Origin: Psammoneis japonica
Taxonomy: Eukaryota
NCBI GenBank assembly: GCA_008632985.1
Contig: QPGO01000082.1
Location: forward strand, 62,001-126,000
Reading direction: 5' to 3'
Length of the DNA: 64,000 bases
A program made the position numbers and the translations under genes. The notes under the pieces were generated by a model. It had not been told where the DNA came from. It worked only from the letters and a program-made list of their open reading frames with translations, and ran no database searches. Shown in pieces: positions 12,560 to 23,617 of the stretch (position 1 is the stretch's first letter; each line of letters starts with the position of its first letter).

Positions 12560-15380
12560 TCTGTGACATTCGAGATTGTTGTTCTCCCTCCATCGCATCC
12601 CATGCTTTTGAAAATCCGACGCCCCAGCGTGCATGTCTTCCCAAGTCTTCCTCCATGATGTGACGCCGCATCAGTTGCGTGTTGACTTTCCTCAGAAACA
12701 AAACACAAAAGTTTCTGAGCGTGGGAGTCATGCTAAGACTTGTTCTGTGGGGCTTGTGGCTTTTTGTGCTGGGCCACCATCTGGGTGCTCTCTCGTCCTT
12801 GTTTCGCATCATGCAGGGGAGCTGGCTGGTGTGGGAGCCGCTGCGTGTTTGCTCGATTTCTCAAATGTTGTCTTTCTCTTCAGCCACACTCAGCCAGTTG
12901 AGAGCATGGTTGTCCAGCATGCTCATGAGCAAAGATGTTGTCTTGCAAAATCTCTCTCTCTTTTCTGGGGAGAGGCACAGACTTGTTGTCAGCTCTGCAG
13001 CCAGTGCGTGGTTCTGGTCATGGCTGGTGCAGCTGTCACATGCCAAGTTGAGCTCAGCAACAAACCAGCATGTTGTTGCAGTGTGAGCATGCACAACCCA
13101 CCTCTAAATGACCAATTCTTGGCAAGAGCAGCAAGCTGCATCATTTGCATTTTTCTTGCTGCTGGGATGTCTCCTGTCCCCATCACTTTTCTAAAGCAAG
13201 TGCAACATCTGTCATTTTTCTTTGCAGTTGCTGAGTGCTGGACTCTTGCACTCTGGCTTCCAAAGAGTCTTCTTTTTCCTTTTTCAGTTTTTCTTTTCAT
13301 TTGCAGGCAGGCCAACAAGAGCAGTGTCATGCATTTGAGAGGTGTCTGTGAAGAAAGACATTGTTCAACCAACAAATGCACCTTGTGCAAGCATGTCTAA
13401 AGCCACCATGCCAACTCCTTCCCATGACCTTTCTTGTGAAACAGCGGGCTTTGTTGTTGATCAGTCACAGAAGAGCATGTGGGCATCAGCAGCAAAAACA
13501 CCATCACACAAGTCATCCTGATTTGTGGCTTTGATGTTTTGTGTCTCCATGAGAAAATGACAGAGAAGACAACCTCTGAAAGTTGATGAAATGCACATGT
13601 TCTGTGTGAGAACTACAATGAAAACAGAAGAGAAGCAGCCTTTGCCACAGCATTGAGCTGCATTGTTGTGCATTTTTTCTCATGGCTGTGATGCAGCTGT
13701 GTGAAGGTTTTGTGCATTTTTAAAAAGGTTTTGAATTTTGAACATGCATGGCCAGGCTGGCAGATCTCAGCACCAGAGTTCTGGTCTCAGGAAGAGCTGG
13801 TGAGATCTCACTCAGCTTGCAAAATGTGGTGTGCTCCTCAGTGCAAAGGTTGTCATCAACGTCAAGCTCTCTTGTGTCGCCTCCACAGGCTGATGATTTC
13901 TCTTGCCTGCCCAGACCAAAATGTTGCAAAAAGAGAAAATCCACTGTGACATGACAAGTTTTTGATGTGCTTGTGCTCTCCAACTCCCTTTGCCAGGTGC
14001 TTCTTGTCACTCTGTGAAATTTTAAAAGAAACTGCTGTGCTGTGCTCTGAAAAGGCAAATGATGAGCAAAAGAAGAACTTTGCTGTGCCCTGTGTGGGAA
14101 GCTGCTGCTGTTGATGGAGCTCACACAACCATGAAAGAGGAGGCCAGGGGGGTGCAAAGGAGATTGGGGAGTAGAGAGAAGAGCCTGAGACACTGCACTT
14201 GAGATGAGAGAAGTGCAAAAACACAGAAGCAATGCCATTTGCAGCCACACTTTTCCTGGGACATTCTTTTGTGGCTTCTTAAAGATTCAACAACTGCTGA
14301 GATGTCTGAACTCCTTTTCCATTTTCTCGTCATCTTTCCTGCTTTGCTTTTCTTGTTTTGTTCTTTTCCATTTTTCACATTTCAAGTTGCTTCTCTTTTG
14401 TTTTGATTGGAAGAGTGCTGCAGCCAATCATCTCTGACCGACAAAGATGCTTCCGAATCACCACTTCCTGTGGTCCTTTTGCGAAGACTGCCATCAAACG
14501 GAAAGTGAGACAAAGAATGAGTCTCAAGAGGATCAGTCGAAGAAGATGCAGTGTCGCTTTTGGTCAGGAAAACAATCTGCACTGGTTTTTTTTAGAAGTT
14601 GGTGTGCACTGCTCTGGCTCTCGCAAACTGCACATGATGGCCCAACTGTGATCCCAAACTGGACAAAGAAGCGAAGCGGAAACGCCTGGCCTGCAATCAG
14701 TGACACCACAATCAACCCGCAAAGCACAATCGCTTCGATGAAGACGAGAACCATGAGAAAATGCCAAGAGGCCTTGAGAGGATCTCCACAAACCAGATTG
14801 CCACCAGTCATGAGCAAAGTGGTCATTTCGTTGTTGCCGCCATCGGCACTTGGTTTCATCACCTTGGGAATTCCATTCACGCAGCTGGCTGCAAACTTGG
14901 CCATCTCCGCACCGCTTGCAAGACACGCCAATCCTGCCGTCAGGCCCAAAGAAAGATGCATGTGACCCTGTGTTTTGGTCAAGGTGTCATCTTGAAGCTT
15001 GTGAGCCAGAATGACGGCAATGATGCATCCACAAATGGCAAGGACACCCGAAATGACAATGGGGACAAACGACAAAAATGTGCCTCGGGCGTGTTGGGCA
15101 AAGATGCCAGATGGCACTGATGCAATGCAACTGCCCAAGCTCACAAAAAAGACAGAGAGAGCGGCACCGAGGCCTCCGAGGAAATGGGGTTGGTCATGAC
15201 ACCGCATCTTGAGTGTCAAAATGCTTGGAGCAGCCGTCCTTCAGAAGCAACGAAGGGATTGTGTGTGCTCAGAACAAAACATCAACAACTTCTGCAATCC
15301 GCAACGCATCTTCAACAGAAGATTTTTGAGTCGTGGAGTTCTCTCGTGTTCGTGCGGGCTTTCATCAGGGGCTTTGAGCT
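12560..15380. other. TpA-depleted domain 2
   Basis: Few TA dinucleotides, mostly in YTAR context. CpG is also nearly absent from about 13.0 to 14.4 kb. Contains the mutated V-ATPase copy. Confidence 0.85.
14680..15207 (-). pseudogene. V-type H+-ATPase proteolipid (subunit c family) copy with Tyr->Cys/His changes
   Basis: FVPIVISGVLAICGCIIAVIL (consensus GVLAIYG), QGHMHLSLGL (GY.HL), LVFIEAIVLCGLIV (EA..LYGLIV). Four-TM proteolipid layout. ORF track shows the frame open to 14533. Confidence 0.8.
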
Positions 15381-15429
15381 TGAGATACGGTAGATGAGCG
15401 AGTCGTCGAGTCGTCTTGTCACATTCACC

Positions 15430-15800
15430 GTAGCACCGATAGGGTTAGGGCTACTTACTTTCACCTCTCGGCGGCCTCGGGCGGGCGTTACTATGTACTA
15501 ACTCTCTACTATTAGCTAGCTAGCTATGGTACTGTAGCTACCGGTAGAGAGTAGAGAGTAGAGCATGTTCCTCTCTGCTGCTACTCTAGCTAGAGAGATG
15601 AGGGCTCTAGAGAGGACACTGCTTAGATATGACTTACACCAATACCTATATGACACGTTCAGAGTGGCCCCACCTTGTAGCCTCTCTCTCTACGTACTAG
15701 CTAATGGAGAGAGAGCGCTATGTATGCAACACTAGAGACTATAAGACACTCCAGTAGTTTCAAGAGCAATAAAACTCACGCTAGGGCCCTAGAATTTCCA
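15430..15800. repeat. CTAG/TAGAG-rich low-complexity patch
   Basis: attagctagctagcta, gtagagagtagagagtagag, ctctagctagagag and ctagggccctag, lying between domain 2 and the PLAC8 3' end. Confidence 0.7.
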
Positions 15801-15907
15801 AACGGATCGATAGTATAATTTTCATTGCATCCCCCTCATAGTATTTTTGTTCGCGCTTCACTTCTTATACACACATAAACTAACCATGAATTTTCCCCGA
15901 TCCGTCA

Positions 15908-16967
15908 TTACACAATAATCGCTGCAATATGCGAAGGCAATCCAGTTTCTGTGCAACACGCCGCTACGTACGTGTCGTAATCGGCCGTGTGTCGCGCCAT
16001 TTGTGTCAAGGTGCAACATCCACAGCAAACAGAGCAGCACACGTCCTCGCACCCATGGCAGCGACGTTCTGGAATGGAGTACTTTCGGCGGATAAACTTG
16101 CGCGTGACAATCAGCAAGTAGAGCATGTAGAACGCAAAGGCTGTCTGGAGAATGCAATCCAAAACATAAGACACCATTGAAACCACGGGAAGATCTTGTA
16201 AGGCATATGAATCAGCATGCAGAGGAAGATACGACCTGTACAGGCTCTTAAGGAAAGCATTCAAAACAATAAAGGCGAAGAACACAAACAGAATGTTTCG
16301 AAAGGTGTTTGTTCGCTCGCCGACACGGCCCTCTTGCCCACACCAAGTGAGCCTCATTCGTGTCATGACTTGGGCTAGAGAGACTTTACAAAATTGATAA
16401 TACCGAGAAGAAGATAGTCGTTAGAAAAGATGTCGTTGCAAAAAGGAATGACATCACGCGCTCCTGTTCCGGACGTACTTGGGTGACACCAGAGAGTGAG
16501 GCAAAGCAACGGGTGGCAACATCCGAGACTGCAGCAATCACACAACCCATCTTTCCAGCGTCCCGTAGGAATTTCAAATGCAGGACCGCCAGATGGCCCT
16601 TCTGAAGACAAAGGTACTGAAAAGGTTTGGCCTTCTTCGACTCCTCCGCTCGGCTGAAAGAATAAAACGAGGTGTAAGAAGTAAGAAAGCGAGACTCACA
16701 CGCGAGACAAGTTTTGAGCTCCAATCTCCTAAATAAGCAATGCGCCCATTTCCACAATATCCGACGTACCACTACAACTGTTATGGGCTTTCCATCCGCA
16801 GAGGTGGCCTCAAAGGTGTAACCTTCTGACAGTACCGACGGCGCAACCACCTCAACCAGAGGCGTGGCTGTTGCCGAAGGGATAGCCGCTGATTCTGCTG
16901 GGGCCTCATCCAAGGTTTGGTATGCTGTCCCTGGGGCCGGATCGTTGTCTGTGGTATCAGCTCCCAT
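15908..16967 (-). CDS. PLAC8-family Cys-rich membrane protein (3 exons)
   Basis: GRWKDGLCDCC, AQVMTR, RRKYSIPE...CEDVCCSVCCGCCTLTQMARH. GT-AG introns at about 16655-16769 and about 16377-16478. Confidence 0.85.
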
Positions 16968-17766
16968 GGTTCTTATGCTGAACGCGGTCGGCTAGAGTGC
17001 TCTCTCCGTTGTGCAATGGTTGTGACGTGTTTGTTGCGTGCCATGGTTACGTTGAACGTGTTCGTGTACGCGCGTTGCGCGTTGCGGCGAAGCGAGCGAA
17101 GCGAAGACCGTTCGTCAGTCAGTCGGTCGGTCGGTCGGTCGGTCGGTCCTTCGTAGGTTTCCAAAAACTAACCGACAAAGAGAGTTGCTAGGGCCCTAAT
17201 TCCTCACCACGGAAATCCTCACCAAATCCTCACCACGGAAATTTCGTTAAATGTTTTGGCGTCACATGCGAACTGCCACATCACAACATCAACGGCTGTC
17301 CGAGCACTGGAACAAAGTCCATCACTTGAGCAAACACCTCAGCCCCGGCCATTGTCTGCATGCACAGCAACGTCTGCATCTTCCCTCTGTGGCGCGCCGC
17401 TTTACAGCGGCACCTCACGATTGTCACACTTTTTGTTTCAATTGATGTGCACTGGAGTCTCTCGAGTCATCCATGGTGTTGTCTTGTTTTTGGCTCTAGT
17501 TGAGTTGCCTTCCAATCTGCAAAGGCGGTTTGAGACACGACCTGAATGACTTTGGGTCGTTGTCAGGAACGACTTGCACCTTGACAATTTGGGGTTGTCG
17601 TTAGAAGACCATGCTTTGTGGCCACCAGGTGTCAACGATGCGAGTGTCACTCACTGAAGACTCAAATCCGCTGGCGTCAATGAGTGTGTTGGTTGCGCTG
17701 TTGTGTGGCCGGTGCTTTGCCATTTTGTTCGTTCCCTGAGATTCTGCTGGTAGATTGTAGTGTGTC

Positions 17767-18726
17767 TTGCCCATGCCGGCAGCACGGCAACACATTTCTG
17801 CTCTGTCAGACGACCCTCAAGACGACCCTCAAGGCAGCTTGCACCATGCCACGACCACACGGCTCCCCCACGACCCTCACAAGATTCACGTGAGCCCTCA
17901 TCACGAAGCATTTTATGAGAGCAACATGAGGGCGTTGGCCATCGTCGATGACAACGCCGAACCTGGCTGCTCATTGGATGACGACGCCAACCGCAAGCAG
18001 GCCAAAGTCGAGCCCGGCTGCTGCTCACTGGATGATGACTCTGTTGTCATCACTCTTGAAAAAACACCTGACTTTTCTCTGATGTCCACGCTTGGCCTTG
18101 AGCATGTTGCCGACCTGGCAAAAATCGGTCGCTCTGTTGCTGTCCCTGCTGATGGTAACTGTGGATGCCACGCTGTGCTGAAGGGACTGGAGGAGGCTGG
18201 CTTGATCAAAAAAGGCACTTGCAACAAGGACATGACTGGTTTCCGAAAACACATGCATGGTTTTGCTGTGCAGAACTTTGAGGGCTTGTGCGGTCGGCCC
18301 TTGGACAATGGTGCAGGTGAGGACAGAGGTCTCTCGGCGGCTGTGTGCGATGGGAAAGTTGTCGGGGAATTTGTTGTCGACAAGAGGAACGAGCACAATG
18401 CTGGTGCAAGCCAGAAAGCTCGATTTCTAAAACTGCTTGCTTGCATCTGGAAGACCGGGATTGACTTCAATTCTGGTTGTGGCAAAGGTCATTGGCATGA
18501 TGCGAATGTGTGCAGCACCATTGTCACTCTCAAGCATGAGCGATCGATTGTCTGCTGTGGAATGGGAAGCAACAAAAACACGTCCATGCACCATCATTCC
18601 AATGGAAAAGTGCAGTTGTCATTTGCAAGAGACACTTGGCTCTCTCCTCCGGCCAATTCCATCACCATGACCCACGACGGCGGCGGCCATTTTGAATGCT
18701 TAAGTCCAGCAAGTGCAAAAGGAAAG
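17767..18726 (+). pseudogene. OTU-like cysteine protease (deubiquitinase-fold) domain inside the MULE
   Basis: VPADGNCGCHAV (OTU DGNC catalytic loop) and a distal HFECL His motif. Probable intron at about 18727-18831 links it to the transposase part. Confidence 0.7.
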
Positions 18727-19186
18727 GTGTGTTGTTGTGTGCTCAGCCAGAGTCATTTTATTTTAAAAAAAGCAATCTCACAATTTGCTCCCATTGTGCT
18801 TGCTTGCATCATCAATGCATTCTCGCCTCCAGCCGTGAAGGATGTGGTTCCTGCCGTTGCCACTAAAGCGAGTGCCGAAGCTGACAACAATGAAAAGGCA
18901 GCGGCAAGTTTTGAGGTGTGCCACAGTTTGTCATGAAGCACAAGGCAATCTCTCACTCTTGTTTTTCTTGTTGCTGCAAGCTTTGCTTGCCAACCACCAC
19001 AACAATGAGTTGCGTTGCTCGGACGAGCACAACGTTGCACCATCCTGACTGGCTCGATCAGTGCAGTGCAGACACCACAACGCATGACGAGCTCCAAATA
19101 CAAAGCAAGGAACTGCAAGGCCAAAACTGGGTCACAACTGGCTTGGAGGATGAGATGCGACAGCACGCTCCTTCCAACAAGGAGAC

Positions 19187-22072
19187 ATGTCGCGAGAGAG
19201 ACAACGAGCATTGCAAAATGGCTTTCGAGCAAAAGGCTGCTCTGCTGTTCCCCATCGGCGACAGTTTGCTGGTCACACGCAGCTCGTGCAGGCCGCAAAG
19301 GAATTTCTGGAGATGTGGGGAGCCATGGGAGTGCATGAGCGTAAGACTGTTGGCTGCCACTTCTCTGAAGCCAAAAAGAAAAAGAAGCTCGCGCCACTTG
19401 TTGACCGATCGAATCGACGAAAAGTTGGCCCAACCATGAAAAGCCAGTGCAAATGCCCGTTTGGCATCACGCATGGATTTGTCGAAAAGAAAAAGGATCC
19501 TTTCACGAACAAGTTGAGGCCTGACATTTTCTACAAAGTGAAGACAACAGCAGCAGTGTGTCAGCACACGTGTGAGCTGAACACAGTGTTCCATCGCAAG
19601 GCAAAACAAGCAAGCGGCGGCACTCAACCTAGCTTGGTCGGGCTCCAAAGCATTGCAGAGGATCTCCGAATCAAGCCATCCATGAAAGCAGAAGACCTGC
19701 GCCCAAAACTGACAAAGTGTTTGCCTTCGCATGTTGATGCCGATGCAAAATGTGTCAGCAACTTCCGAAGCCGCGCAGCCACCTGGATTCTGAACAACGA
19801 GGAAGACGAAGAAGTGTCACATGATGATTTAAAGCGACTTACATCTAAGAAACCAATTGCAGCTGATGAGCTGGTTGTGACCGACAGCTCTTTAACCAGA
19901 GTCAATCTGAGAAAAATGCCAAAGAAGACAATGCAAGAAGACGGCTCGACATGGGATGCGCTGTGGTGTTTGCAGGATTTGAAGAAAATGCTGCTCGGTT
20001 TCGACTTCCACTTGAAGCACGATGCGACCGGCCGCCCTGAAGCTGTTTGCCACATGACAGCAGAAATGCGATGTGATTTGATTCGGCATGGTGATGTCCT
20101 TTTTCTGGACAGCCAGAAAAGGCAGCACAACAATCAAGGATGGCCGTGCATTGGGCCCGCCACAAAGGATTGCGAAATGAAAGTTCGATGTGTGACAGAG
20201 TGTGTTTGCATGGAAGAAGCACACAAGCGCTGTTGCTGGATGCCACTTTCTGCTTCCGAAATGGAGCCACGCTGGAGCTTTGACAACACAAGAATGACAT
20301 TTGCAGACCAGCACATGATGCAAGGCTTCGTTGATTCACTTCAAGCTCAAAGGGACCAACGCCTCCTTCAAATCCTTCTCCGAGGAGACCACTGTCACTT
20401 GCTGGAGGAAGTTTTCCCAAGTGAAGAAGGCTTTGGATTGGTGCGCTGCATGCAAATCCGGAATCAACTCTGTGCAATGCTCCAATCCAAAACCCAAGAG
20501 GAATGGGACACTGCGTGCCATGCTGCCAAGGAGGTCATGAAGGCTGATGCCGCAAAACTGCAACTGCTTTGTGCAACTCACGACAAGCCAGAGTGCTGCG
20601 CTGGGTGTCATCTGCGGCAACAGGAAATGAATCTAAATCTTAAGGGTTCTGTTGCTGCAGAACAAAATCATGCAAGCATTGTTGCTCACCTTGGTGCGGG
20701 CGCCAGTTGGTCTGTCGCTGAGCCCATGAAGCACCTGCTTGAGCGCCAGGAAATGCTCACCCGCAAGCGGAGAAAAGAGGAGGACAATCTTCACGTGGTT
20801 TCCTCAAGGCACAAGTCTGGCAACCAAGGTCAAGCTGGTGTGGATGATGAGTTGGCAAAGAGCACTTTTTCCAGGTGTGCATGCAAGAACTTGCATGTCG
20901 CTGAGATGAACAAGAGCAGGAAGCTGCAAGCGAAGATGGCAGAAAACGATGCAATGAATGTTTGGCCTTGTGGCAAAGAGGCAACCTGCAAAGAATCTGT
21001 GTTGATGCAACAAGGAAAGCGATGCCCATGTCGCGAGAGAGTGGCCTTTGGCCATCAATGCAGACACGAACTCAAAGCCGACGGCAAGCTCGACACATCC
21101 AAATGGTCAAATCGATGGCTGTCGGAGCGAGCATGCTCAGTGGCAATGCCAAGTCATGCTCACACATTGTCAGATGTCAAGAACAACGAGAGGATGTCCT
21201 TGAACGATGGAGATTCGAACGATGGAGATTCGTTTTACGACCACCAAGAGCCCCAACAACATGGTTCGCCAACCTTGGATGCCGACCGGGACAACACCTC
21301 AGATGAAGATGACGACAGAACTGTGTCAGGTGATTTGGCGGGAGACAACTACAATGAAGAGGACCAAACACCGCATCTCACCTGCCAAGACTTGACATTT
21401 CAAGCATCCAACCTCATTGGGTTAGTTCAAGGAGACCAACCCAACATGGCCGCTCTTTCCTCACCACTCCAAACAATTGCAGACAGGGCGAGACGCGGGT
21501 TGAGAATCCACGCTGCCTTTGACACTGCAATGTCAGAAGTTGTTGACAATCCAGCAGCTGCCTCACTGCCTGGCATCCTGCAAGCAATGCCACGAGCGAG
21601 CCGCCAAAGACGCAAGCAGTCCCGACAAGAACTCCGGCGTGACGCGATGCATGCATCAAATGGCTCCAACCAATGCCGTGCTACATCAAGCAACCGTTGC
21701 TCGATAAGATCTTCCAATGATGGCGAATGTCTTCAACCACCAAAGAAAAGGAAGAGTGCATGCAGTGCTTGTGCAAAACCCAAGCACACCACCCGCACTT
21801 GCCCAAGCCTCCACAAGTGCAAGAGACCACCACTGGCACCCGGATCACGACCAGAACGCGAAACGTTGCAGGCCCAACTTCTGAATCCTCAAGTGTTCCC
21901 TGCAATCCCAAGAGCTCCAACGGATGAGCGACTTATTTCTCAATCAATCAAAAGCGATTCTGATTGGCTGGTTGGTCTGACGGTCACCCAATGCTCAGTG
22001 CAAATTGGTGCGGGCGGGGTGGGAAGGATTCGTGAGAACGGATGGCCGACAGGCGTGGTGAGGATTTGGTGA
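19187..22072 (+). pseudogene. MULE transposase with SWIM and zinc-knuckle motifs (hypermutated, frame open)
   Basis: CKCPF...H WRKY/FAR1-like N-terminal part, GDVLFLDS...GWP.IG, LRGDHCHL, SWIM-like CPCRERVAFGHQCRH, knuckle CSACAKPKHTTRTC. Only 3 Tyr in 961 aa. Confidence 0.8.
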
Positions 22073-22202
22073 GGATCTCCGTGGTGAGGAATTAGTAACT
22101 CTCCCGACAAACTCCGAAAACTCAGTTGCAGATTTGAAGTTGTGAGTTGAGAGTTGTTGAGTTGTGATGAGGGTGTGTCGGGTGTGAGTTGCTGCAGTCG
22201 AA

Positions 22203-23392
22203 ATGGTGTCGTCTTCGCCGTCTCGAAAGCGCTCACTGGAACAGAACAGAGAAAGAACAAATGACAGAAATCAGAATGTGAAAGCACCCCGGCATTCTCC
22301 CACAATCCCGGTCTTGGAATCAGTCGAGGAACTTACCAGCGCCTCCTTTTGGGACGATTTCCATAGCTACTCCGCTGTCCATGTTCCTCGAGAAGTTGTC
22401 AAAGCGTTCATGTCGAGAGTTAGCGAAACTGCTGCCAACACGTTGCCGGAAGAGGGAGGCCAGAGCGAAAGAAAATTCAGCTGGATGGACATACAACGAT
22501 TGTTTCAGTCGCTAGAAGAAAAGATCAATCAACGTGGTGTATCGAGAATTCTAGCAAGTCTCAGAAGAAATCAAGTGAAACTGGCATCGCTTCTGACGAT
22601 TTCCTGAGGCCTCACTTGTCGAGTCCCGATGAAGTGGGATACTGCAGCTTTCTTGTACAACACGACAAAGGTGCCATGAAAACGACCCTCGATCGGGTGC
22701 CCATATCAACCTTACCATCTCCGTCTTTAATGAAATTGAGATATGGACCTTGTCTGTGGTTCTTCTTTGGACGAAATTCTTCATCGACACTATTGGAAGG
22801 TCGCCCCGAGCACACAGACTCGGTCTCACATGACGGCACATGGCATTATCAATTGTCTGGATGCAAGACCTGGTATCTAAGACCCACGAACGAGTTGCTG
22901 GATACCTTGAAGAGAAAGCACGTGAGCGATGATTCGTGTGCTCACTGGTCGTCGACACTAACCTTTCGAGTCGACTGTCAGGAGGGTGATGTCTTATTAG
23001 TGAATACTCGTTTGTGGTGGCATCGAACTGTAATTCCGCATAACCAGAGTGTTCCTTCTGTTTCGTATGCACGAGACTTCTTCCTTGATCCGCAATCAGA
23101 CACCGACGCTACGAAACAGAAGAATCCAGAAAAAAATGCCATTGAAGCTATGGAAGATACAATGACAAACGTGGATGGATTGTACGCAGCGAATGATATC
23201 GAACAAGGCACGGTGATCTTTTCAGAAAAGGACATGCCAAATTGCGAATTGCACAGATCATCTACGAATCCGAATTGCGAAATTGTACAGCTGGAAGATG
23301 GGACTGGGGCAGTGGTTTCGTGTCGAGACATTAGGGCCGGAGAATTCTTTTGTGTACCAGAATCTTCCGACGAAGAGGAGGAGGAAGAGTGA
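22203..23392 (+). CDS. JmjC/cupin-like 2-oxoglutarate oxygenase-fold protein
   Basis: GRPEHTDSVSHDGTWHYQLSGCKTWYLRP...GDVLLVNTRLWWHRT gives an HxD...H triad. A frame break at about 22550-22615 is an intron or indel. Confidence 0.7.
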
Positions 23393-23617
23393 CCTAACAC
23401 TTTGATCCATAGGGCCCTAAGTTATGGCCACCTACTCCAGACTACACTTCGAGTTCAGAATTGTGCACCGTTCGAATCGAGAAGGAGATCCATAATTTAT
23501 GACCACAACACCAAAGAGTGTGCGTGTACGTAAGGTATGCGGTGTCGCGAATGGTTCCACATTCCGTCGTTCAAGGCGAAATCACTTTAATCGCAAATAT
23601 GTACCGTATGTGAATAC

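Larger units (their letters stand above)
17180..22103 (+). mobile_element. Complete Mutator-like (MULE) DNA transposon, about 4.9 kb
   Basis: TIRs at 17180-17237 and 22054-22103 (gagagtt.cta...attcctcaccacgga.atcctcaccaaatcctcaccacg). Perfect 8-bp TSD ccgacaaa at 17172-17179 and 22104-22111. Internal transposase ORF. Confidence 0.9.

Noticed and set aside
15440..15450. agggttaggg (and ccctaaccct at about 27289) as telomeric repeats
   Set aside because: Fewer than two full units, and the second lies within a coding region.
17114..17148. (GGTC)n microsatellite, and the poly-C/(CA)n tract at about 51728-51770
   Set aside because: Ordinary simple repeats with no further structure.
17180..22103. 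Alternative genetic code or Tyr reassignment to explain Tyr-free proteins
   Set aside because: Neighbouring host genes use TAT/TAC normally, and TA loss also affects non-coding and out-of-frame positions.
22203..23392. JmjC-like gene as the enzyme behind the adenine mutagenesis
   Set aside because: Only proximity supports it. It has no deaminase or DNA-binding motif, and gene adjacency means little in eukaryotes.
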